Numbered from the stretch's first letter, positions 37,704 to 47,727 are shown. The stretch: 64,000 bases of DNA from Klebsiella pneumoniae (GCA_945876945.1 CAMCQE010000001.1:18566-82565), one strand, 5' to 3'. A program made the numbers and translations. The notes: generated from the letters alone by a model not told the origin.

Positions 37704-39263
37704 TTGCCAACCTTCGCACGTCCCGGGCTTTGCCTGCTGCTTTCGCTCGGGCTCACCCTCAGCGCCCACGCAGAGGGTGTCCGCTTCTCGCGCATCACCG
37801 TTTCCGGTAATCGCGCGATAGCCTCACCAAGCATCGACAAGGTCACCGCCGATTATCTCAATCGCGAGCTTGGCGATGAGGACCTGCAGCGTCTCCGGCA
37901 AGCGCTGGACGCGCTCTACGCCGCACAAGGCTTTCGCAGCTCCCGCGCGCGGCTACCCGACCAGCGGCTGGACACAGGCGTTCTGCGCATCGAAATGATT
38001 GAAGCCAGCCTTGAGGAAATCATCCTCAGCGGCAACGCGCATCTGAATGCCGATTATCTGCGGGCCCGTGTCGGCCGGGGTCTTGATAAGCCGCTCAACG
38101 TCAATCGACTGAACGACAATCTGCGGCTCTTGCTCCGCGAACGCCTGGTCGATGACCTCAAGGCCGAGTTTCTGCCTGGCAGTGCCCGCGACCGCCAACG
38201 CTTGAAACTCAGCCTGACCGAAGGCCCGCAATACAGCGTGGGGATGCGCGTAGGGAACGATCGCTCGCCAAGCGTCGGCGGTATTCATGGGGTAGTGGAG
38301 GCCGGCGCGCGCAATCTGCTAGGGCGAGGCGATACGCTGGATCTCTCCAGCGGGCACGCCGACGGACTCGGCGACTGGGACCTCCGCTGGCGGCTACCGC
38401 TCAACGCCGGCGGCACCGAACTCTCCGCGCGTTACGCCCGTTACGATTCAACCCTGGTCGAAGAACAGTTTGTGGTGCTGGGCGCCGAGACGGAGTCCAA
38501 CGCCTTTGAGCTGGGCCTCAATCAGCCGCTGATCCGCAGCGCCAACCGCCAGATCGCGCTGAGCGCGCGCTTCAGCCACCGGGACAGCCAGAGCTATCTC
38601 CTCGGCAAACCCTATTCCTTCAGTGCCGAAGCGGACGACGGACGGGTAGATGTCGACGCGCTAAGACTTGGTGTGCAGTGGACCGAGGCACAGCCGGGCG
38701 ACGTGCTCGCGCTACGCGCTGGGGTGAGCGTAGGGATTGGCGGCACCGAGCACCCTGATGACATTCCGGATGCGCGATTCACCAGCGTTCAACTTCTGGG
38801 TCAGTGGCTGCATGTGTTTGGCCCCCGTGCCGGACAATTCTTCGCCCGCGCCGACCTGCAGCTCGCCAGCGAGCCCTTGGTCTCACTGGAACGTTACGCG
38901 CTGGGCGGTGTGGGAACGGTACGCGGCTATCGGCGCGCGCGGGTGGTGAGCGACAGCGGCTGGTCGGCGTCGCTGGAATATCGCCTGCCCCTGTGGCGCC
39001 TTGCCTTCCCGGGCACCGGGCCCGAGGACGGCCAAATTCTGCTGGTTGCCTTTCTCGACGCCGGGGAAGGTTGGAGCGACCGGCCAGGGGTCAAAACCTC
39101 TCCGACGCTGGCCGCGCTGGGGCCGGGGCTCCGCTATGACATTAATCCGCGCATTCGCGCCGAAATCTATTGGGGTGCCTTGCGCCGCCGGGTTCCTGAA
39201 ACCGAGCCCGATCTGCAGGACAGGGGCGTGCATTTTCAGGTCGCCGCGCAATTCGGGTTCTAG
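37704..39263 (+). CDS. ShlB/FhaC/HecB-family two-partner-secretion outer-membrane transporter (TpsB), apparent TTG start
   Basis: Signal peptide, POTRA-like N-terminal region, Omp85-type beta-barrel ending in aromatic F (…AAQFGF). Only the TTG at 37704 gives an intact signal peptide. Confidence 0.65.
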   Translation: MPTFARPGLCLLLSLGLTLSAHAEGVRFSRITVSGNRAIASPSIDKVTADYLNRELGDEDLQRLRQALDALYAAQGFRSSRARLPDQRLDTGVLRIEMIEASLEEIILSGNAHLNADYLRARVGRGLDKPLNVNRLNDNLRLLLRERLVDDLKAEFLPGSARDRQRLKLSLTEGPQYSVGMRVGNDRSPSVGGIHGVVEAGARNLLGRGDTLDLSSGHADGLGDWDLRWRLPLNAGGTELSARYARYDSTLVEEQFVVLGAETESNAFELGLNQPLIRSANRQIALSARFSHRDSQSYLLGKPYSFSAEADDGRVDVDALRLGVQWTEAQPGDVLALRAGVSVGIGGTEHPDDIPDARFTSVQLLGQWLHVFGPRAGQFFARADLQLASEPLVSLERYALGGVGTVRGYRRARVVSDSGWSASLEYRLPLWRLAFPGTGPEDGQILLVAFLDAGEGWSDRPGVKTSPTLAALGPGLRYDINPRIRAEIYWGALRRRVPETEPDLQDRGVHFQVAAQFGF

Positions 39264-39326
39264 GGCAGCGCTGCAAGATACCGTGCTCCCTGCGGCACGG
39301 GGAGGCGCCCTAAGGGGCATGGCGGC

Positions 39327-39881
39327 CTAGAGCACTTTGCTCATTTCTGCACAGGGCACGGTCGTGCCGCGCGCGGTGGGGACCGCAATCCTGCGGTCGA
39401 GCTGGTAACCGGCGGCGCGGTACAGCGGCTCGCCGGCCACAGTCGCCACTAAAGCCGCGCGCTTGAAGCCCGCAGTGCGGGCGGCATCCTCACACAGGGC
39501 GAGGATCCTGCGCCCGATACCCCGGCGGGCAAATTCCGGGTGGGTATACATGGCGCGAATGCGGGCAGACGCCGTTGCCGGATCAAGCAGGCTGGCGTCG
39601 CGCCCCGCGCTGTGGTCGCCGCCAAACAGCGTGGCCCGTGCGCTCCAGCCGCCGCAGCCAATCAGTCGCCCGTCGGGATGCGTCACCGCGAAATAGGTGC
39701 CGTCGTCGATAAGCCCGCTGTCCACCCCCATGATCTCGAACGAGGCTTCAAGCTGCGCCGCGTCCAGCACAGGCCCTAGCAGGCCGCGAATGGCGGCGCC
39801 CATCAAGGCTTCGAGCTCGGGAAGGTCCGCACGCGTTGCCAAGCGGTGAATCAAAGGCGCAGACATCGGCGCGATAGCCAT
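39327..39881 (-). CDS. GNAT-family N-acetyltransferase
   Basis: Acetyl-CoA binding motif A region (RRGIGRRIL) within a GNAT fold. Start may be the internal MSAPL. Confidence 0.7.
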   Translation of the reverse strand: MAIAPMSAPLIHRLATRADLPELEALMGAAIRGLLGPVLDAAQLEASFEIMGVDSGLIDDGTYFAVTHPDGRLIGCGGWSARATLFGGDHSAGRDASLLDPATASARIRAMYTHPEFARRGIGRRILALCEDAARTAGFKRAALVATVAGEPLYRAAGYQLDRRIAVPTARGTTVPCAEMSKVL

Positions 39882-40017
39882 GCATCAGCGTCCGACAAAC
39901 TTCATTGCGGCCCTAAGGCCGCTCTCACCGTGAGGTGAGCGGCAATCCATTGCTGGAAGCGGCCTGCAGGCCGCGAATGAGCCACCGGCCCGGTCATCGC
40001 CCCCGTGGGCCTCAAGC

Positions 40018-40380
40018 TCAGTCGGCATCCCACTGGCCATCGTTGTCGAGATCGCGATCGGTGCCGCCCTTGTTGGCGTCCCACTGGCCGTCGTTATCGG
40101 TATCCCGATCCGTACCGCCCTTGTCGAGATCCCACTGGCCATCGTTATCCAGATCCCGATCGGTGCCGCCTTTGTCGAGATCCCACTGGCCATCGTTGTC
40201 GAGGTCCCGATCGGTGCCGCCCTTGTCGAGATCCCACTGACCGTCGTTGTCGATATCGCGGTCCGTACCGCCGCGGTCGAGATCCCATTGACCGTCGTTA
40301 TCGGCGTCGCGGTCGGTGCCGTAGGCGTGGGCTGGGCCGGCCAGCAAGAGGGAAAGCAAAAACGCGAGCAGAAAGCGCAT
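40018..40380 (-). CDS. Secreted repeat peptide composed of 6-7 copies of a 16-aa DNDGQWD acidic (putative Ca-binding) repeat
   Basis: AGGAG RBS 6 nt upstream of ATG. Signal peptide MRFLLAFLLSLLLAGPAHA. Body GGTDRD(L/I/T)DNDGQWDLDK repeated. Other frames here are repeat-induced shadow ORFs. Confidence 0.7.
   Translation of the reverse strand: MRFLLAFLLSLLLAGPAHAYGTDRDADNDGQWDLDRGGTDRDIDNDGQWDLDKGGTDRDLDNDGQWDLDKGGTDRDLDNDGQWDLDKGGTDRDTDNDGQWDANKGGTDRDLDNDGQWDAD
40024..40330. repeat. 48-bp tandem repeat array (about 6.5 copies), coding
   Basis: cccactggcc(a/g)tcgtt(g/a)tc(g/c)a(g/t)atc(g/c)cgatc(g/c)gt(g/a)ccgcccttgt(c/t)ga(g/c)at unit visible by eye. No unique spacers. Confidence 0.8.
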
Positions 40381-40443
40381 AGGTCACTCCTTGACCGCAA
40401 AGGCACCGGCGGGCGGTAGGTCCGCCGGTGCGCTTACCGCGGG

Positions 40444-40896
40444 TCAGGCGGTAGGCGTGGAATGCCGATCGGCCACCATGCGCATCGCTACGCGCAGATG
40501 CGAGTACTTCCACTCGCCGTTCTGCTTCACGTAGTCGTCGTCGTAGCGCAGCGCGAACCACTTTTCCTCACCCGTTTCGGTGTAGGTCCAGGGACCCATG
40601 ATGTACCACACGCCGGTCGCGTGATTGCCGTTCACGGTGATGATCGGGTTCATCATATTGTGCTGAGAGAAGCTGAACATTTTCTGAAAATTCGCGAACA
40701 GGGCGCGGATTTCGGCGTGTCCTTTCGCCAGACCAAAGTCGGCGCTTTCCCAGATCCCGTCTTCGGCAAACACCGAACACACGCGATCAGGGTTGTGCAT
40801 GTCGTCGCAGATTTGGGCGTAACGCGCCTTCAGTTGCTTGATGGCTTCGATGTCTTCCAGGCGCGTGATGCGCGCTTCCAGATCGCTGGTGCTCAT
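40444..40896 (-). CDS. NTF2-like / SnoaL-like (DUF4440-type) protein
   Basis: ~150-aa alpha+beta cone fold signature (…WYIMGPWTYTETGEEKWF…). Start at MSTSDLE with GGGGAGA RBS. Confidence 0.55.
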   Translation of the reverse strand: MSTSDLEARITRLEDIEAIKQLKARYAQICDDMHNPDRVCSVFAEDGIWESADFGLAKGHAEIRALFANFQKMFSFSQHNMMNPIITVNGNHATGVWYIMGPWTYTETGEEKWFALRYDDDYVKQNGEWKYSHLRVAMRMVADRHSTPTA

Positions 40897-40932
40897 GTGC
40901 TTGGTCTCCCCGTCGTTGGTTGTTGTCGTCAA

Positions 40933-42663
40933 TTAGCGAGCGCGCTGTTGGCCGCGCACCAGTTGCCCCGGCAAAGCGCCGGTGGCAACGCCGTCTTCAA
41001 ACGTGACCTGCCCGCGCAACACGGTGCTGTGATAGCCGTGAGCGCGTTGAATCAGGCGCTGACCGTTCGCGGGCAGGTCGTAGACCATGGCCGGCAGCGG
41101 CAGCGCGAGCGCGTTGAAGTCAATGAGATTGAGATCCGCCCGCAGACCCGGCGCAATCAGCCCGCGGTCGCGCAAGCCGTATAGCTCGGCGGTGCGCCGC
41201 GTCTGCAGATGCACCGCGTGCTCAAGGCCAATGCGCGGTCCCCGCGAACGGTCGCGCACGAAATGTGCGAGCAGGTAGGTAGGTGCGCTGGCGTCGCAAA
41301 TCATCCCGCAGTGGGCGCCGCCGTCGCTGATGCCAAGCACCGTGTTGGGGTGAAGCATCATCGTGCGCGCGTCGTCGTAATGGCCGGCGGCGTAGTTGAA
41401 AAGCGGCGCGTAAAGAAACGCCTTGCCTTCATCGCTCAGCAGATGGTCGTAGGCGGCGGCCTCGGCGGACACGCCCGCGCGGGCGCCGATAGCGCGCATG
41501 CTGCGCTCCGGGCCGGGCTCGTATTCCGGCGGATTGCCCAGGGTATACACGCGGTCGTAGTCGGCGATGGTCGACATCATCGCCTTGCCTTCCATGAACA
41601 GCAGGCGCAGCAGCCGTGCCGGGCGCGGGCCGGCTTCGCTCAGAATTTTCTCGCGCACTTCGCGCTTGCGCATTTCGGCCACCCGCGCGGCGAGCGGCAA
41701 ATGCGCCAGCGCCCGATAGCTCGGACGACCGCTGAACGGGTGCGTGCCTTCCAGGCACATCAGCACGCCGGGCGGGCGAATGGCGACCTGCGGATACATG
41801 CCGGCGCCGCGCCGTGCGGCGTGGTCAAGCAGGCGACGCCACTGCGCCGGATCTTCGTTGTTCTGCACGCAGGCGTAGGTCACCTTGCAGCCGGACTCAT
41901 CAATCACGCTGTCCATCCACGCGAGTTCCAGCGCTTCGGGCGCGAGATCGGACGCCACTTCAAACACCGCGCCGCCGGCTTCGCCCATGGCCCTGGCAAT
42001 GGTGGTGAGTTCGAGCGCATCGGCGGTGGTGCCGGGCACCACTTCGCCGTCAATCGAGCGATGGAGCACGGTGCGCGAAGTGGTGAAACCGACCGCGCCG
42101 GCTTCGATGCCGGCTTTGACGATCGCCGCCATCGCTGCGCGTTCGTCGGCATTCGCCGGCTCATTGTTCGCCCCACGTTCACCCATCACGTAAGCGCGCA
42201 CCGCGCCATGGGGCACCTGCGCGGCCAGATCCAGCGCGCGGGGTGATTTGGCCAGCGCATCGAGATATTCCGGAAAACTTTCCCAATCCCATTTGATGCC
42301 TTCGGCCAGCGCGGAGCCGGGAATATCTTCCACGCCTTCCATCAAGCCGATGAGCCAATCGCGCTTGTCCGGCGCGACCGGCGCGAAGCCGACGCCACAG
42401 TTGCCCATCACCGCGGTGGTCACGCCGTGCCAGCAGGAAGGGGTGAGGTAGGGGTCCCAGGTGGCCTGACCGTCGTAGTGGGTATGAACATCCACCCAAC
42501 CCGGTGCGAGCATTAGACCGTCGGCGTTGATTTCGCGCTTGCCGGCGCCGAGCTTTTCACCGACGGCCGCAATGTGCTCGCCATTGATGGCCACATCGCC
42601 ATGGGCGGCAGGCGCGCCGGACCCGTCGACGATGAGCGCGTTGCGAATAACCAGATCGTGCAT
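40933..42663 (-). CDS. N-acyl-D-amino-acid deacylase family amidohydrolase (D-aminoacylase)
   Basis: N-terminal [16 protein letters not shown] and metal-binding HxH ([10 protein letters not shown]). ~576 aa. GGAG RBS. Tracked ORF over-extended by 64 codons. Confidence 0.8.
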   Translation of the reverse strand: MHDLVIRNALIVDGSGAPAAHGDVAINGEHIAAVGEKLGAGKREINADGLMLAPGWVDVHTHYDGQATWDPYLTPSCWHGVTTAVMGNCGVGFAPVAPDKRDWLIGLMEGVEDIPGSALAEGIKWDWESFPEYLDALAKSPRALDLAAQVPHGAVRAYVMGERGANNEPANADERAAMAAIVKAGIEAGAVGFTTSRTVLHRSIDGEVVPGTTADALELTTIARAMGEAGGAVFEVASDLAPEALELAWMDSVIDESGCKVTYACVQNNEDPAQWRRLLDHAARRGAGMYPQVAIRPPGVLMCLEGTHPFSGRPSYRALAHLPLAARVAEMRKREVREKILSEAGPRPARLLRLLFMEGKAMMSTIADYDRVYTLGNPPEYEPGPERSMRAIGARAGVSAEAAAYDHLLSDEGKAFLYAPLFNYAAGHYDDARTMMLHPNTVLGISDGGAHCGMICDASAPTYLLAHFVRDRSRGPRIGLEHAVHLQTRRTAELYGLRDRGLIAPGLRADLNLIDFNALALPLPAMVYDLPANGQRLIQRAHGYHSTVLRGQVTFEDGVATGALPGQLVRGQQRAR

Positions 42664-43176
42664 GGCTAGCTCCCTAAACCGGATCAGATAAGAGGAATGC
42701 GCCGTTGGTGGTTCACCCCGGCTCCGAGGTGCACGGAGTATAGACACAAGGCGCGGGGCCGCGCCCGTGTCTTGAGCCTCGAGAGGATCGGTCACGAACA
42801 TGGCGCGGCATGACGCGGTCATCGCTGCGCAAAACCGCGCCCTTCCATCGGACAAGCCGAAGCCCGTGCGACCCGGGTAGCGGCGCTTGTTGGCAAACAG
42901 GGGTTCGGTTGTTTGGCGCGGTGCTCACCCGCTCAGGCTTCGACAAGCTCAGCCCGAACGGGGTTTAGGGATTTTGGGGGTCAGAGTAAAATTAGTAGGT
43001 CTCAGGCTGACCCCGACTGCCTCTCTGAATTCTTACTCTGATCCCAAACTCTCGGGCTTGGCAGCACCGTTCGCCCTGAGCTTGTCGAAGGGCGGAAGCG
43101 AAGGTGAGGTAGTTGATGCTGTGCCGACCCGTTCAGCCCCAACGGCCGCGCCTGCGCTTGATCTCAAACACGCTAC

Positions 43177-43503
43177 TCAGGGCGAGGCGCGTTCCACCAC
43201 CACCGCCGTGCCATAGCACAGCACTTCGGCAGCACCGACCATCGGGCCGGTGTCGTAGCGCACGCCAATCACCGCGTTGGCGCCGAGGCTACGCGCGTGG
43301 GCAATCATCAGCTGAAAGGATTCCTCACGGGCCTGCTCACACAACTCGGCGAAGATCTCCACGCGCCCGCCGAACAAGGTACGCAGTGCGCCCAGAAAGC
43401 TCACCGGGAAAGATCGTGTACGCACCGTAAGGCCGCGCACGATGCCGAGGCTTTTCACCGTGTGCTGACCCGGAATGTCGAAGGTGGTGCTGGTCAACAG
43501 CAT
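43177..43503 (-). CDS. ybjQ: YbjQ/UPF0145 (DUF74) family protein
   Basis: 108 aa, conserved GANAVIGVRYD motif. Confidence 0.75.
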   Translation of the reverse strand: MLLTSTTFDIPGQHTVKSLGIVRGLTVRTRSFPVSFLGALRTLFGGRVEIFAELCEQAREESFQLMIAHARSLGANAVIGVRYDTGPMVGAAEVLCYGTAVVVERASP

Positions 43504-43534
43504 GGGCGTCCCCTCAAATTCTCACCGTTAAGGC

Positions 43535-44827
43535 TCAAGATTTGGCGGCGGCCTCGCGCGCCACCGCGCGATAGCCAATATCTTTCCGGTACTGCATCCC
43601 GTCCCAATCGATTTGCGCGATGCGGGCGTAAGCGCGCTCCTGCGCGCCGCGCACCGATTTGCCCAAGCCCACCACGCACAGCACGCGGCCGCCGTTGGTG
43701 GAGTACTCGCCATCGGTCAGCACGGTTCCGGCATGGAAGACTTTGGTATCAGGAAGGTCCTGCTCCAGCCCCGTAATGCGCGAGCCCTTGGCGTACTCGC
43801 CCGGATAGCCGCCGGCCGCCAGCACCACGCCAACGGCCGCGCGCGGATCGAAATCCAGCCGCAGGCGACGCGTCTCACCCCTGAGGATCGCGAGGCATGC
43901 CTCAGCGAGGTCGGTTTTGAGCCGCACCATCAGCGGCTGGGTTTCCGGATCGCCAAAGCGGCAGTTGTATTCCAGCACCTTCGGCGTGCCGTCGGTGGTG
44001 ATCATCAGCCCCGCGAACAGGAAGCCCACGTAGGGTCGGCCCTCGGCCGCCATGCCTTTCAAGGTGGGATAAATCACTTCACTCAGCACGCGCTCGCGCA
44101 GCGCCATGTCGATGATCGGCGCGGGCGAATACGCGCCCATGCCGCCGGTGTTGGGGCCTTTATCGCCATCGAAGGCGGCCTTGTGATCCTGCGCGGGCGC
44201 GAAGGGCCAGGCTGCCTTGCCGTCCGTCATCACGATGAAGCTGGCTTCCTCGCCGACGAGGAATTCTTCCACCACGATTTCCGCACCCGCCGCGCCGAAG
44301 GCGTTGCCGCTTAGCATCTCGCGCGCAGCACTCAACGCTTCTTCGGTGGTGTGCGCAATCACCACGCCCTTACCGGCAGCGAGACCGGAAGCCTTCACCA
44401 CGACGGGCAATTCGTGCGCGACGATATAGGCCTCGGCGGCGGTGATGTCGGTGAAGTTTTCATAGCGCGCGGTGGGAATCTGGTGACGCTTGAAGAAGTC
44501 TTTGCTGAAGGCTTTTGAGGCTTCCAGGATCGCCGCGTTGGCGCGCGGCCCGAAGCATTTCAGTTCGGCAAATTCGAAGGCGTCCACGATGCCAGCCACC
44601 AGCGGCGCCTCGGGCCCCACGATGGTGACCGCGATTTGCTGTCGCTGCGCGAAGCTCACCAGTGCGGGGATGTCATCCACGCTAATCGGCACGTTTTTCA
44701 CTTTGGGTTCGGTGGCGGTGCCCGCATTGCCGGGCGCCACATAGACTTGTTTGACGCGCGTGGACTGCGCGCACTTCCAGGCCAGCGCATGTTCACGTCC
44801 GCCGCTGCCGATGATGAGTACTTTCAT
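43535..44827 (-). CDS. purD: Phosphoribosylamine-glycine ligase
   Basis: MKVLIIGSGGREHALAWK N-terminus and ATP-grasp body. Confidence 0.95.
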   Translation of the reverse strand: MKVLIIGSGGREHALAWKCAQSTRVKQVYVAPGNAGTATEPKVKNVPISVDDIPALVSFAQRQQIAVTIVGPEAPLVAGIVDAFEFAELKCFGPRANAAILEASKAFSKDFFKRHQIPTARYENFTDITAAEAYIVAHELPVVVKASGLAAGKGVVIAHTTEEALSAAREMLSGNAFGAAGAEIVVEEFLVGEEASFIVMTDGKAAWPFAPAQDHKAAFDGDKGPNTGGMGAYSPAPIIDMALRERVLSEVIYPTLKGMAAEGRPYVGFLFAGLMITTDGTPKVLEYNCRFGDPETQPLMVRLKTDLAEACLAILRGETRRLRLDFDPRAAVGVVLAAGGYPGEYAKGSRITGLEQDLPDTKVFHAGTVLTDGEYSTNGGRVLCVVGLGKSVRGAQERAYARIAQIDWDGMQYRKDIGYRAVAREAAAKS

Positions 44828-44849
44828 GGGGATTGTTTGCTGGCCTTAT

Positions 44850-46409
44850 TTAGTGGCGGAAGTGGCGCATGCCGGTGAAGACCATTGCCATGCCGGCCTC
44901 GTCAGCCGCGGCGATGACTTCCGCATCGCGCACCGAGCCGCCGGGTTGAATCACGGCAGTAATGCCAACGCCGGCGGCAGAATCGATACCGTCGCGGAAA
45001 GGGAAAAATGCGTCCGAGGCCATCACCGAGCCCGCGACTTCAAGGCCTTCATCGGCCGCCTTGATGCCGGCGATGCGCGCCGAATACACGCGACTCATCT
45101 GGCCGGCGCCCACGCCGATGGTGCGCTGCTCGCGGGCGTAGACGATGGCGTTCGACTTCACGCATTTCACCACGCGCCAGGCAAACATGAGGTCGCGCAA
45201 TTCGGCGGCGGTCGGTGGTCGGCGCGTCACGATTTTCAGATCGGCGGCCGTGATCGCGCATGCGATGGCGTCGCGGTCCTGCACCAGCAAGCCGCCGGTG
45301 ACGCGCTTGTAGTCGAGCATCGTCTGCTCGGCGGCAGGCGCACCAACCACCAGCACGCGCACGTCTTTCTTGCGCTGACAAATCTGCAGCGCTTCGGCGC
45401 TCACCGCCGGGGCCACGATCACTTCCACGAACTGCCGGCTGACGATGGCTTCCGCCGTCGCCGCATCCAGCTCGCGATTGAACGCGATGATGCCGCCAAA
45501 GGCCGAGGTGGGGTCGGTTTGATAAGCGAATTCGTAAGCCGCGCGAATGTCCGCCGCTTCCGCCACCCCGCAAGGGTTGGCGTGCTTGACGATGCAACAG
45601 GCCGGGGCGTCGAAGGCCCACACGCACATCAGCGCGGCGTCGGTATCGGCAATGTTATTGAATGAGAGTTCTTTGCCGTGCAGCTGGCGAGCAGCGGCAA
45701 TTGATCCGGCAGGCGCGCTGGCTTCGGCATAAAACGCGGCGGTTTGATGCGGGTTCTCGCCGTAGCGGAGATCCTGCAGCTTCGAGAAACGCAGGCGGAG
45801 CGTGTCCGGATAGGCCGGCGCCGCCGGAATTTGCGCGCTGAGATAACGCGCCACGGCGGCGTCGTAATCGGCGGTATGCGCATAGGCCTTGGCCGCGAGG
45901 CGAAACCGGGTCGAAAGCGACAAGGTAGCGCTGGCGGCGAGTTCGGCTTCGACCTCGGCGTAGTCCGCCGGATCCACCACCACTGCCACATGCGCGTGAT
46001 TCTTGGCGGCCGCCCGCACCATCGCCGGGCCACCGATATCGATGTTCTCGATGGCGTCTTCCAGCGTGCAGTCAGGCTTGGCGATGGTCTGCGCAAAGGG
46101 ATAGAGGTTGACCACCAGCAGGTCGATCGGAGCGATGTCGTGCGCCTGCATCACCGCATCATCCTGCCCACGGCGACCTAGCAGGCCGCCATGAATTTTG
46201 GGATGCAGGGTTTTAACCCGGCCGTCCATGATTTCGGGAAAACCCGTATGGGCGGAGACCTCGGTCACCGGCAGGCCGGCGTCGCGTAGGCTGGCGGCCG
46301 AGCCGCCGGTCGAAAGGAGTTCAACACCATGCGCGGCGAGCGCGCGGGCGAACGCAACAAGGCCCTGTTTGTCGGAGACACTTAACAGAGCGCGACGGAT
46401 CGTCGTCAT
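44850..46409 (-). CDS. purH: Bifunctional AICAR transformylase / IMP cyclohydrolase
   Basis: [21 protein letters not shown]-like N-terminus. Full-length PurH. Confidence 0.95.
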   Translation of the reverse strand: MTTIRRALLSVSDKQGLVAFARALAAHGVELLSTGGSAASLRDAGLPVTEVSAHTGFPEIMDGRVKTLHPKIHGGLLGRRGQDDAVMQAHDIAPIDLLVVNLYPFAQTIAKPDCTLEDAIENIDIGGPAMVRAAAKNHAHVAVVVDPADYAEVEAELAASATLSLSTRFRLAAKAYAHTADYDAAVARYLSAQIPAAPAYPDTLRLRFSKLQDLRYGENPHQTAAFYAEASAPAGSIAAARQLHGKELSFNNIADTDAALMCVWAFDAPACCIVKHANPCGVAEAADIRAAYEFAYQTDPTSAFGGIIAFNRELDAATAEAIVSRQFVEVIVAPAVSAEALQICQRKKDVRVLVVGAPAAEQTMLDYKRVTGGLLVQDRDAIACAITAADLKIVTRRPPTAAELRDLMFAWRVVKCVKSNAIVYAREQRTIGVGAGQMSRVYSARIAGIKAADEGLEVAGSVMASDAFFPFRDGIDSAAGVGITAVIQPGGSVRDAEVIAAADEAGMAMVFTGMRHFRH

Positions 46410-46447
46410 GAGGACCTTTCCAGCTGGGGCAAAACGAGGCCGGGAGC

Positions 46448-46741
46448 CTAGCTGGGAATGCCGTGCTTCTCCAGTTTCTTGCGCAAGGTTGCCCTGTTCA
46501 GCCCCAGATATTGGGCGGCTTTTGAAATGTTGCCGCGAGTGCGCCGCATGACTTCCGTCAGCAACGGGCGTTCGACTTCCGTCAACACCAGTTCATAGAG
46601 GTCGCCAGGCGCGTGGCCGTTCAGCGCGGTGAAGTAGCGCTCCAAGGCCTCCTTCACGTGGAAGGAGAGGGGGCGATGCTCCTCTGGTACAGGATCCATC
46701 CCGGGTTTATCAGAGGCATCGGCGACGCCGTTTGCAGTCAT
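46448..46741 (-). CDS. fis: DNA-binding protein Fis
   Basis: C-terminal HTH …[26 protein letters not shown]. dusB-fis coupling (ATGA overlap). Confidence 0.9.
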   Translation of the reverse strand: MTANGVADASDKPGMDPVPEEHRPLSFHVKEALERYFTALNGHAPGDLYELVLTEVERPLLTEVMRRTRGNISKAAQYLGLNRATLRKKLEKHGIPS

Positions 46742-47727
46742 GCCGCTTCTCCATGTTGTCGTTGCATATCCCGATCGAGGAACGCGAGTTGGGCCTCGGC
46801 GTTATCGATCGCATTGAACAGGGCGCGCAGGCTTTGCCCTTGCGGGAACCAGCGTGCATACCAGCCGACGTGTTTTCGAGCAATCCGCAGGCCAAGTGTC
46901 TGCCCATAGAACTCGTGCAGCGCCTGCACGTGATCCCGCATCGTGGTGCGGACTTCTGCCAAGGCTGGCCCCGGGAGTTCTTGCCCCGTTTTGAGGAAGT
47001 GGCGCACCCGATTGAACAACCAGGGATCACCCTGGGCGGCGCGGCCAATCATCACGCCGTCGGCGCCGGTATGGGCCAGTACCGCGCGGACTTTGGCCGG
47101 CGTGGTGATATCGCCGTTGGCGATCACCGGAATAGAAACCGCGGCTTTCACCGCCGCGATGGTGTCGTACTCCGCCTCTCCCTGATAGGCGCAGGCGCGC
47201 GTACGGCCGTGCAGGGTCAGAAGCGCGATGCCGGCGTCTTCGGCGATCCGCGCAATCCGCAACGCGTTGCGCTCAGCGGGCGACCATCCCGTGCGGGTTT
47301 TCAAGGTCACCGGCACATTCACCGCCGAGACCACCGCCCGCAGAATCTGCTCAACCAGTGCCTCGTCACGCAATAGCGCGGAGCCGGCCAGACGATTGCA
47401 TACGCGCTTGGCGGGACAACCCATGTTGATGTCGATGCTCTGGGCGCCGGCATCAACCGCTTCGCGGGCGGCGTCGGCCATCGCCATGCAGTCGGCCCCC
47501 GCAATCTGGGCGATACGCGGCGAGGCTTCGCCCCGCAGATCGAGCCGGCGGCGCGTTTGTTCGGTATTGCGAAGTTCAAGGTCGGCGCTGGTCATTTCGG
47601 AGGGCGCCCAGGACGCGCCGTGGCGCATGCAGATCGCACGGAACACGCGATCGGAAACCCCGGCCATGGGCGCCAGCACGAGCGGGGTTTCAAATGTCCA
47701 GGAACCAAATTGCATGGGCGTCATCAT
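46738..47727 (-). CDS. dusB: tRNA-dihydrouridine synthase B
   Basis: TIM-barrel Dus motifs (LAPMAGVSD, DINMGCPAKRV). Upstream of fis. Confidence 0.9.
   Translation of the reverse strand: MMTPMQFGSWTFETPLVLAPMAGVSDRVFRAICMRHGASWAPSEMTSADLELRNTEQTRRRLDLRGEASPRIAQIAGADCMAMADAAREAVDAGAQSIDINMGCPAKRVCNRLAGSALLRDEALVEQILRAVVSAVNVPVTLKTRTGWSPAERNALRIARIAEDAGIALLTLHGRTRACAYQGEAEYDTIAAVKAAVSIPVIANGDITTPAKVRAVLAHTGADGVMIGRAAQGDPWLFNRVRHFLKTGQELPGPALAEVRTTMRDHVQALHEFYGQTLGLRIARKHVGWYARWFPQGQSLRALFNAIDNAEAQLAFLDRDMQRQHGEAA

Noticed and set aside
40024-40330. Possible CRISPR array (regular repeats)
   Set aside because: Repeats are contiguous 48-bp units with no unique spacers, in-frame within a CDS, and no cas genes nearby.
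39885-40406. ORFs 39885..40406(-), 39935..40240(+), 40005..40382(+) with Arg/Pro/Cys-rich or Ser/Thr-rich repeats
   Set aside because: All are alternative frames of the 48-bp tandem repeat. Only the 40018..40380 minus frame has an SD, ATG and signal peptide.
41209-42246. 345-aa plus-strand ORF inside the D-aminoacylase locus
   Set aside because: Antisense to a gene with clear amidohydrolase motifs. No independent support.
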